Virus record (IMG/VR): IMGVR_UViG_3300013121_000032
Span: 32,001 to 96,000 of that record
DNA from: a virus
Lineage: Duplodnaviria; Caudoviricetes
Length of the DNA stretch: 64,000 bases
Reading direction: 5' to 3' (one strand)
Part shown: positions 27,454 to 35,260 of the stretch, in pieces
Layout of the letters: each line of letters starts with the position of its first letter
Position numbering within the stretch: position 1 is the stretch's first letter
Position numbers and translations under genes: made by a program
The notes under the pieces: generated by a model
Database searches by the model: none
The model's input: only the letters and a program-made list of their open reading frames with translations
Told to the model about the DNA's origin: nothing

Positions 27454-29524
27454 TTTTTTGACAGACTTTATTAGTAAGTCTCCTTTTATAGCTTTAGATT
27501 TAGAAACCTTTAATTACACAAACTCCTCTAATGTTCCCAGACCTATTAAGTTTAATGGGATGTTTGAAGGAGGAATTAAAACAATTCAAATTGGCTTTCC
27601 TTTAGATGTCTGTAATCTTCAATTCATTATTGATATTGAAGAGCTATTAGCTAAAGGACTAACTCTTCAATATCTAGGAAGTAAGCTTAAGGTTTTAGAA
27701 AAGGCAACAATTCTTGGACAAAATCTAAAATATGAATTTCAATTTTTGTCTGTTTACTTTCATATTAGATTAAGAAAATTTAGAGATGTCATGTTGATGT
27801 CTCAAGTACTTTTAGCTGGAGATAAGATTAAACATAACTTAGCTAGTTTATATAATGAGTATATAAGCCAATCTGAGTTTAAAGCCTTAACGGGAAAAGA
27901 CTTTGCTGAATATGCTGAATTTAAGGCTACTCTCCAGAAGTCAAGATGGAGAGGTACTTTAACAGCAGATCAGCTTCAGTATGCGGCTGATGATGTTAAA
28001 TTAGTTTTTCCTCTTTATGATAACATTTGTGAAAGATTAGATGAGTTTGTAGAAAAATATGAGCAAAGAGTTCGTTTAAATCAGACTATCTATAATGCTA
28101 TTAAGTTAGAGTGTGACTTGATTCCTACGTATGCAATGATGGAATTAAGGGGTATAGGATATGATAAAACTTATCACCAAACTATTGTTATTCCTTTCTT
28201 AGAAGAAAAAAGAAAAGAAGCAGAAGATCAGGTTGCTAAATACTTTGTTAGAGAAGTTATAAAATCTAATGGTTTAAGAGGAAAGGCTAGAGTTGTCTGG
28301 ACAGATAAAGAAGTAATTAACTTATCATCTCCAATTCAAATTAAAACCGCTTTAAATGGTGCTGGAGTATCTGTATCTGATTCAAGAGAAGAAACACTTA
28401 AAAAACATATTTCAGATCATCCAGCTTTACCTTGGATTCTTCAATATAAAAAAGCTGATTCTCTATTAGATAAGTTTGGAGAGAAGATGCTAAACCTCTG
28501 CTCAAGAGATAGCATTATTCATGCTAACTGGTATCAAATAGGATCTGATGAAGGATCAATTGATACAGGTAGAAGCTCATGTCAAGGACCAAATTTACAA
28601 CAAACTCCAGCAAGAGAAAATATTTTTGGTAAATCAGCAAGAGAGTTATTTAGAAAATCTTTTAAAGCTAGACCGGGATATATCTTTATTGATGTTGATT
28701 ATAAACAAGTAGAGCCTAGAGTTACAGCTCAAATTTGTAATGAAAAAGCTATGCTTGAAGCATTTAATAAGGATATAGATCTTTATTCTGCTGTTGCTAA
28801 GAAATGGCTAAACCTCGATTATTTACCAGAACGAGGAGATTATAAACGGGATTTTATAGGAAAGACTGGATATTTAGCTTTATCTTATAAAGCTGGTCCA
28901 ATGAAGTTAAGAGATTTCGTAGCTGAAGAATCTAAAGGAGAAATTGTTTGGACTGATTTAGAAGCAAAAGAATACTGGAATTCTTTCTTTGCAAGTTTTC
29001 CTGGAATTGCTAGAAAGCAAAATGAGATAGACCAGTTTATTAGAAAAAAGCCAGAAGGATTTTCTTCTCTTGCACCATTTAAAGGTAGGAAACCCATTAC
29101 TATTCTTTTTACTGAGCTTGGTCGTCCACGTCGATGGTGCTTAAAACCAGAACAAGAAAGAATGCTAGATGAAGATCTCCATAAGTTTGGAGAGAATCAA
29201 AGATGGAATACCTATCAGAAAAGATTAAATGAAATCTCTAGGGAAGGCTATAACTTTATTATTCAAGGAACTGCCGCAGATATTTTAAAAGTATCACTAA
29301 AATTAATTCAAGATAGATTTGAAGCTGCTGGCTTTGATTTTGAAACTGAAGGAGTAATTGCAGTTGTACATGATGAACTTCTAATTGAGGTTAAAGAAGA
29401 GCACCAAGAAGAAGCTTCAAAAATTGTAGAGGCTTGTATGATAGAGGCTGGACAACGATTTATAGATAGACTTCCAGTTGGAATAGATTTGAAGATTGGA
29501 CATAATTGGGCAGAAGTACATTAA
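27287..29524 (+). CDS. polA: family A DNA polymerase with 3'-5' exonuclease (true start possibly TTG 27377)
   Basis: ALDLET, GQNLKYE, YAADD exo motifs; TGRSSC..PNLQQ; DYKQVEPR; KTGYLALSY; NFIIQGTAAD; VHDEL. Confidence 0.97.
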   Translation: MIKMVFHLPFSSSGVPIGLDRIYLNNWIRSLIITQQDVEKTYKYIHDKQDLEEAIDFLTDFISKSPFIALDLETFNYTNSSNVPRPIKFNGMFEGGIKTIQIGFPLDVCNLQFIIDIEELLAKGLTLQYLGSKLKVLEKATILGQNLKYEFQFLSVYFHIRLRKFRDVMLMSQVLLAGDKIKHNLASLYNEYISQSEFKALTGKDFAEYAEFKATLQKSRWRGTLTADQLQYAADDVKLVFPLYDNICERLDEFVEKYEQRVRLNQTIYNAIKLECDLIPTYAMMELRGIGYDKTYHQTIVIPFLEEKRKEAEDQVAKYFVREVIKSNGLRGKARVVWTDKEVINLSSPIQIKTALNGAGVSVSDSREETLKKHISDHPALPWILQYKKADSLLDKFGEKMLNLCSRDSIIHANWYQIGSDEGSIDTGRSSCQGPNLQQTPARENIFGKSARELFRKSFKARPGYIFIDVDYKQVEPRVTAQICNEKAMLEAFNKDIDLYSAVAKKWLNLDYLPERGDYKRDFIGKTGYLALSYKAGPMKLRDFVAEESKGEIVWTDLEAKEYWNSFFASFPGIARKQNEIDQFIRKKPEGFSSLAPFKGRKPITILFTELGRPRRWCLKPEQERMLDEDLHKFGENQRWNTYQKRLNEISREGYNFIIQGTAADILKVSLKLIQDRFEAAGFDFETEGVIAVVHDELLIEVKEEHQEEASKIVEACMIEAGQRFIDRLPVGIDLKIGHNWAEVH

Positions 29525-29592
29525 AAAATGTATATTATAGAAAATTTATGTTATACAATATGTAACAGTTTGTTTATAAAAGGAATTTATAA

Positions 29593-31104
29593 ATGTCTTT
29601 AATTGACGAAGTAAAGGAACTAGTAAAAAAAGGGTATGGAAGAGTTATCATTGCTCGTGAATTAGGGATTAGTAGTCAGAAAGCTACAGCTTTAATTAGA
29701 CAAGCTAGATTAGATGATACTTCTCTTCCTGGTCCTAATACTAACCCATTAAAAGATCTTGCGCATCAAAATAGGCAAACAGGTAAATCTCCAAAGAAGA
29801 TTAAGTTTCCTAATTCTTATACTAATGAAGATAAGATTAGATACTATGCAGATTTAGGTTATGGCAGCAGGAAGATTTCAAATATTTTAGGTCTATCTGA
29901 ATATTTTGTAGATTCTAAATTAAGGAAGCTAAGAGGAAAACCTAAACGGATTACAAAACTAGAGCAACTTAAAACTAAGTTAGAGTCTGGTTTAGATAGA
30001 TATGACTTGGCAAAAGACCTATGTACTACTCCTACTGGTTTGGATTTAATGATTCAAAAGTCAGAAGGAGAATATAGTCCAGTTAAAACTTGGATTAAAA
30101 AGAATGCTAGAACTGGAATTAAGCTATCTAAATTTAAAGAAGCTTTTAAAATTTCTACAAAAGCGCGAGCACTAGAGATTTTAAAGGAAAATTTTCCTGA
30201 ACATTTTATTTGTGAAACAAATATTCCAAATGATTTAATCTTAACTCCTATATTAGATAATAGTAAAAACTATGAATGGCTTGGGGGTGGTAGACCAAAC
30301 CGTAGATTTAAATATTTTGTATCTGAAGAGGGTAATTATATGTCAATTATGTTTGATGATGATTTACCAGATAATAAGATTAAGATTTATAATCTAACTG
30401 ATATCCATGTAGGTTCTAAAGCATTTAGAGGAGAACTGTTTAGGAAGCAGATTGAAAGAATTAAAAATGAACCAAATTCTTTTGCTACTATTGGTGGAGA
30501 TTTAATTGAAGGTATTACTAAGGTATCTGTAGGCGATCCTATGGAACAATACTGTTCAATTAATGAGCAGGTAGTAGAGGCTGTTAAAACTTTACTTCCA
30601 ATTGCACATAAAATTATTGCAGTTGAATGGGGAAACCATTGTGGAGGTAGAACAGAGAAAGCAGCACAGTTTGATTTAGCTAGAACAATGGCACAGATGC
30701 TTCAAGTACCTTATTTTAGAGTTAGGGTAGTAATAGATTTGAATTTTAGAGGAGTACAAAAACGGTTATCATTAACCCATAAATATGGAAAGGCATTAAA
30801 AATGCCTCAAATTATTATGGCAGTTAAAGCTTTATCATCTCAATCTTTATATCCTACTCATTGCTGGTTTAGTGGACATAATCATGAATCTTTTGTAATC
30901 CCTATGGAGACAACAGAACTTATACCAGGTAAAGGTTTTGAGATAGTAAGATTTCATATTGCTAATGGTGGTAGTTTTGTTAGGTATACAGGAACGTATG
31001 CAGAGCAAGAACTATATGGCCATGCTCCGCAGGATATGGTATATTTTGAGTTTGATGAAAATGGAAACCATTTAAGTGGATCAGTTCCAATAAATTCATT
31101 GTGA
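29593..31104 (+). CDS. calcineurin-like metallophosphoesterase with N-terminal HTH repeats
   Basis: TDIHVG, GGDLIE, GNH, TH, GHNH; two GYG...I...LG.S HTH-like units. Confidence 0.85.
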   Translation: MSLIDEVKELVKKGYGRVIIARELGISSQKATALIRQARLDDTSLPGPNTNPLKDLAHQNRQTGKSPKKIKFPNSYTNEDKIRYYADLGYGSRKISNILGLSEYFVDSKLRKLRGKPKRITKLEQLKTKLESGLDRYDLAKDLCTTPTGLDLMIQKSEGEYSPVKTWIKKNARTGIKLSKFKEAFKISTKARALEILKENFPEHFICETNIPNDLILTPILDNSKNYEWLGGGRPNRRFKYFVSEEGNYMSIMFDDDLPDNKIKIYNLTDIHVGSKAFRGELFRKQIERIKNEPNSFATIGGDLIEGITKVSVGDPMEQYCSINEQVVEAVKTLLPIAHKIIAVEWGNHCGGRTEKAAQFDLARTMAQMLQVPYFRVRVVIDLNFRGVQKRLSLTHKYGKALKMPQIIMAVKALSSQSLYPTHCWFSGHNHESFVIPMETTELIPGKGFEIVRFHIANGGSFVRYTGTYAEQELYGHAPQDMVYFEFDENGNHLSGSVPINSL

Positions 31105-31481
31105 GGTTAAATATGGATTTTGTTTTACTAAAAAATCAATTACGAGTAGTGGCTGGAGATATTCCAGGTGGAAAATATTCTATTAATAATAATGGATTAC
31201 TTTCTTTAAATGATCAAATTATTGATCTTCCTAAATCTTTAGTAAGTGTAGAAGAACAATCCTCTACACAAGCTAAAAATTGGTTGCTTGGAGCGGCTGC
31301 TTTACCTTTTATACTGGTAGCTCCTTTATTGGCTATTATAGCTGGATTATTAGCAGTACATATAGGAACTACTCAGAATGTATGTGCTCTATATACTTTG
31401 AAAGATGGAAAGAAATTCATTGGAATTTCTACATTAGAAACTTTTAATACTTTAAAAGCAATCAGTGGATTGACAGCTTAA
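31101..31481 (+). CDS. membrane protein
   Basis: Central hydrophobic hairpin. Confidence 0.65.
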   Translation: MRLNMDFVLLKNQLRVVAGDIPGGKYSINNNGLLSLNDQIIDLPKSLVSVEEQSSTQAKNWLLGAAALPFILVAPLLAIIAGLLAVHIGTTQNVCALYTLKDGKKFIGISTLETFNTLKAISGLTA

Positions 31482-31498
31482 TTTAAAAGCAGTAATCT
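31470..31498 (+). promoter_or_regulatory. sigma70-like promoter TTGACA-N17-TAATCT for Ro60
   Basis: Consensus -35 with 17-bp spacer, 32 nt before the ATG. Confidence 0.55.
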
Positions 31499-31530
31499 AA
31501 ATTATCTGGTCGTTGTGAGGCAGTATTAAA

Positions 31531-33162
31531 ATGAATACCTATACAGAATTCTCTACATTAAAAACTCCTCAATCTCAGCCTATTCTTGGTGAGAGTATGG
31601 AGCAAAATAATGCTGGAGGATTCTCGTATACGGTAGATAAATGGCAATTACTTAAACGTTTCCTAATTCTAGGCACAGATCAAGGAACTTTCTATGCTAG
31701 ACCCCAACCATTAACAATTGAGGCTGCTAAAAATATTCTTGATTGTATTAAAGAAGATGGTAAAAGGACTGTAAATGAAATTGTTTCTATTTCGGAAAGC
31801 TATAAGGCGGCTACGAATGATCCTGCTATTTTCGCCCTTGCCCTTTGCACGTCACCTAAATATGCTTCTGAAGAAACTAGAAAATTAGCATTTTCTAAGT
31901 TGATGAAAGTATGTAGAATTCCTACTCATCTATTTAAGTTTGTAATGATTGCAGAGCAACATAGAGGTTGGGGAAGTGGTCTTAAACATGCTGTTGCTAA
32001 TTGGTATAAATTAACACCTCCTAATAAATTGGTTTATTTTCTGACAAAGTATAAGAGAAGGGGTGGCAAACAAGCTGGTTTCTCCCATAGAGATCTTTTA
32101 AAGCTTTCCCATCCTAAAAATGTCTCAACTGAAAAGAATACAATTTTTCGGTGGGCAGTTGGAAAGTTAGAATCTCTTGACAAAGCAGGAGAAACCCCTT
32201 CTCTTAATTATTTGAGGGCTGTAGAGGATGCTGCTACTGCTCCAACTGGACACTTGGTTAATTTAATTAATACATATAAGCTACCATTGGAAGTAATTCC
32301 TAGTGAGAAACATAACCATGAAATTTATGGAGCAATCCTTAAACATGCTGGTATTGAATTTATTCTAAGAAACTTGGGAGTAATGACGGCTAACAATACT
32401 CTAATTCATGGATTGGGAAATGTTAGTTTTGTTTATGATAAATTCCATACCAAAGAATTTCTGGAAAAACTTCACCCCATAAAGATTTTGGCAGCTTTAT
32501 TAGTATATAAAGCTGGTAGTAGTTATTCTGGAACTAAATTTAAAAAAGAGAAGGCTATTGTATGGAAGCCAATTACAGCAATTATTGATGCTTTAAATGA
32601 TGCATTTAGATTGTCATTTGAAACTGTAGAGCCATCAGGAAAGAGAATTCTTCTAGCAATAGATACTTCTGGAAGTATGAATCATGCTGTAGCTACGGAT
32701 ATTAGTTTTATGAATGCTTATACAGCAGCAGGAGCTATTGCTTTAATTACAGCAGCAACTGAAAAAGACCCTTTTATTATGCATTTTAATACTAAAGCAT
32801 CTCCAGTTAATATTTCTGCTAAACAAAGGCTTGATGATGTTATTGCTACATTAAAGGGTCTTGGAGGAGGAGGTACTAATTGTGCATCTCCAATTACTTA
32901 TGCAACAGAGCATAAGATACCTATTGATATCTTTGTAATCTATACAGATTCAGAAACTTGGCAAGGAGACATTCATCCTACTCAAGCTTTAGATCAATAT
33001 AGAAAGGTAATGGGAATTGATGCTAAGCTTGCTGTAGTAGCAATGGCTTATAATAGATTTAGTGTAGGATCTTCTGAGAATGATCCTAGAGTTCTCCAAT
33101 GTGTAGGTTTATCAACAGATACTCCAGCAATCATATCTATGTTTGCTAGAGGTGAAGTTTAA
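31531..33162 (+). CDS. rsr: Ro60/Rsr TROVE-domain RNA-binding protein with vWA domain
   Basis: NNAGGF, L.RFLILGT..GTFY, CRIPTHLF, RGWG, KY.RR, SHRDLLKLSHP, LRNLG.M, HP..IL.A...Y, DTSGSM, GGTNC, YTDSETW. Confidence 0.95.
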   Translation: MNTYTEFSTLKTPQSQPILGESMEQNNAGGFSYTVDKWQLLKRFLILGTDQGTFYARPQPLTIEAAKNILDCIKEDGKRTVNEIVSISESYKAATNDPAIFALALCTSPKYASEETRKLAFSKLMKVCRIPTHLFKFVMIAEQHRGWGSGLKHAVANWYKLTPPNKLVYFLTKYKRRGGKQAGFSHRDLLKLSHPKNVSTEKNTIFRWAVGKLESLDKAGETPSLNYLRAVEDAATAPTGHLVNLINTYKLPLEVIPSEKHNHEIYGAILKHAGIEFILRNLGVMTANNTLIHGLGNVSFVYDKFHTKEFLEKLHPIKILAALLVYKAGSSYSGTKFKKEKAIVWKPITAIIDALNDAFRLSFETVEPSGKRILLAIDTSGSMNHAVATDISFMNAYTAAGAIALITAATEKDPFIMHFNTKASPVNISAKQRLDDVIATLKGLGGGGTNCASPITYATEHKIPIDIFVIYTDSETWQGDIHPTQALDQYRKVMGIDAKLAVVAMAYNRFSVGSSENDPRVLQCVGLSTDTPAIISMFARGEV

Positions 33163-33168
33163 AAAGTT

Positions 33169-33256
33169 TGCAGGCATAGAGAAACGGAAGTCTCAATGGG
33201 TTCATATCCCTTTGCTTAATAGCCTTGGTAGGTTCAACTCCTACTGCCTGCGCCCA
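33169..33256 (+). tRNA. non-canonical tRNA-Met(CAU)-like RNA with long variable arm
   Basis: Acceptor GCAGGCA/TGCCTGC; D-arm GAGA-AACGGAAG-TCTC; anticodon arm GGG-TTCATAT-CCC; 15-nt variable region with GCT-TAAT-AGC; T-arm GTAGG-TTCAACT-CCTAC; CCA at 33254-33256. Confidence 0.85.
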
Positions 33257-33276
33257 ATTCTAAAAAGGACAATAGT

Positions 33277-33438
33277 ATGACAGATTCGTTACTTTGTTTA
33301 TTCTCATCCTTGTTTTTAATCTATTGTTCTGTTATGTTTTTTGTATCACCAGATTCTAATGCCCATATAGCGGGATTTATATTAGGATTTGTAGCATTAG
33401 GTTATGCAATTGCCTCAATTAAATTGAGTAAACAATAA
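33277..33438 (+). CDS. small 2-TM membrane protein (53 aa, not in ORF track)
   Basis: AAAGGA RBS; MTDSLLCLFSSLFLIYCSVMFFVSPDSNAHIAGFILGFVALGYAIASIKLSKQ. Confidence 0.6.
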   Translation: MTDSLLCLFSSLFLIYCSVMFFVSPDSNAHIAGFILGFVALGYAIASIKLSKQ

Positions 33439-33512
33439 AGAAATTATTCAAATAATTGAAGTTCAAGAAAAGTAGACTAAAATAAAGTCATCAGTTAACG
33501 AGGGATTTAATA

Positions 33513-34874
33513 ATGGATAATCAAGTTGCAGAAGCACCGGCAGTAGAAGAAAAGAAAGAGATTGATTACAGAGGTGTAGTCAAGAAACTTGATGAACTTA
33601 AAGATGGTGCTGTTGTTCAACGTATTGCAAATCCGCCTAATGTTAAAATACCTAAATTTTTTATCCTTGACAAGCTTAAAAATAGCTATCAAAAAGGTGT
33701 TAAAGAAGTTGCTTTGTTTGATACTAAGAGTTTTAATAGGCGCTCTTTGTATATTCCTGAGGGTACCGAAGTAAAAGAGCTTACTGGTCGCCAAGGAAAA
33801 GAATTCTTGGCAAGATTTTTGAACCATCAACGTTCTCAAATTTTTACAAACCTCCAATCAGTGTTTATGACAATTGGATCTGATCCTGAAATCTTTATAG
33901 AGGATGCTGGTGGAAATATTATTCCAGCTTTTACATTCCTTAAGAGCAAAGCTGATGCTGATAAATCTCCAAAAAATGAATTGGGTGGAGATATGAAAGT
34001 TTATTGGGATGGTTTTCAAGCTGAATTTGAAACAACTGCTCCTTTGTGTCATGCCCATCTTGCTGATTCCATTAGAACAAGTTTGAAAAATCTTTTGAGC
34101 TTGGCTAAAAAAGCTAATCCTACAGCTAGACTTTCCTCAAGAACTGTAGTTCAAATTCCAGATGCTGAATTGGATCGAGCTTCTGAAGAACATGTAACAT
34201 TTGGTTGTGCCCCTTCGATGAATGTCTATGAGATTGAAGGAAAACGAGAAGATGGTAGAGTAGTTCCTTATAGGTTTGCTGGTGGACATATCCATTTGGG
34301 AATTGGAAAACGTTCTCAAAAGGAAGTAGATGAGATTGTAAAGACTTTGGATGCCATTGTAGGTCTTGCTTCTGTATCTCTTTTTGCCAATCAAGATGAT
34401 CCTATTAGAAGGGAATATTATGGATTGCCTGGAGAGTATAGACTTCCTCCACATGGTATTGAGTATAGAACTCTTTCTAACGCTTGGATGTTCCATCCAG
34501 TTATGATGAATTTGATCTTTGCTCTAACACGTAGAACAGTTGCATTTGCAGTAGCTGGTCATAGAAGGCATATTCTGGCAACAGAACAAGAAATTGTTGA
34601 AACTATTAGAAGCTCTAATGTAGAACAAGCTAGAAAAATTATTGAGCGTAATAAGGATATCTTCTTGGGTCTACTTAAGACAGCTTTTAAGGTTGACAAA
34701 GCTGCTGAAGTTGCTTATAATGTAATCATGAAAGGAATGGAGGAAGCAGTAGAAAATCCTAATGACATAGCTAAAAATTGGAAATTGGATTCTGATTGGT
34801 TGCAACATTCTTCATCTGAAGGGTGTAATTGGAAATCAGTTTACGAGAAAGTAGCTAAAGGTGAAAAGGTCTAG
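33513..34874 (+). CDS. phiEco32-like COOH.NH2 ligase type 2
   Basis: TIGSDPEIF, DGFQAEF, FGCAP, RFAGGHIHLG, RREYYG..GEYR, GIEYRTLSN.W. Confidence 0.9.
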   Translation: MDNQVAEAPAVEEKKEIDYRGVVKKLDELKDGAVVQRIANPPNVKIPKFFILDKLKNSYQKGVKEVALFDTKSFNRRSLYIPEGTEVKELTGRQGKEFLARFLNHQRSQIFTNLQSVFMTIGSDPEIFIEDAGGNIIPAFTFLKSKADADKSPKNELGGDMKVYWDGFQAEFETTAPLCHAHLADSIRTSLKNLLSLAKKANPTARLSSRTVVQIPDAELDRASEEHVTFGCAPSMNVYEIEGKREDGRVVPYRFAGGHIHLGIGKRSQKEVDEIVKTLDAIVGLASVSLFANQDDPIRREYYGLPGEYRLPPHGIEYRTLSNAWMFHPVMMNLIFALTRRTVAFAVAGHRRHILATEQEIVETIRSSNVEQARKIIERNKDIFLGLLKTAFKVDKAAEVAYNVIMKGMEEAVENPNDIAKNWKLDSDWLQHSSSEGCNWKSVYEKVAKGEKV

Positions 34875-35122
34875 AGGTGGTCCATCTCCAAAAGACCTAA
34901 TCAAAAAGGTAGCTTAGAGCCGGTTATAGATGTTTATCAGCTTTTATGAAAAATACATTTATAGATTTTTGTTCCAAGCTATTTATTAAGAAAATTAATT
35001 GGAAATAGAATAATCAATAATAATTCCAGCTAAATCTAAAAGACACGTCCCCTCAGTCTTAAACAGATCGAAGCTATAATAACAAGGTTCTAGACTAGAA
35101 GATTAATTTTCTTAAAACAAAT

Positions 35123-35151
35123 AAAAGTCCCTGGAAAAAACAGGGACTTTT
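35123..35151. terminator. bidirectional intrinsic terminator
   Basis: AAAAGTCCCTG-gaaaaaa-CAGGGACTTTT. Confidence 0.85.
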
Positions 35152-35260
35152 ACATTTTGTAATGATAGACTTTTACTATGAGAAATTTAAAAGTTTGCTA
35201 ACTTTTTAGGTATAACTTTCTGGTCTTCAGAAGATACCTAGTTTGTAGTTTTATATATTT

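Noticed and set aside
33169-33256. Canonical YrlA Y RNA
   Set aside because: The arm order is that of a normal tRNA with an intact anticodon loop, not the permuted YrlA layout. Kept as a non-canonical tRNA-like RNA pending a covariance search.
34875-35260. Cobalamin riboswitch or hammerhead ribozyme upstream of nrdJ
   Set aside because: No B12-box or CUGANGA/GAAA core was recognisable, and a terminator separates most of the region from nrdJ.
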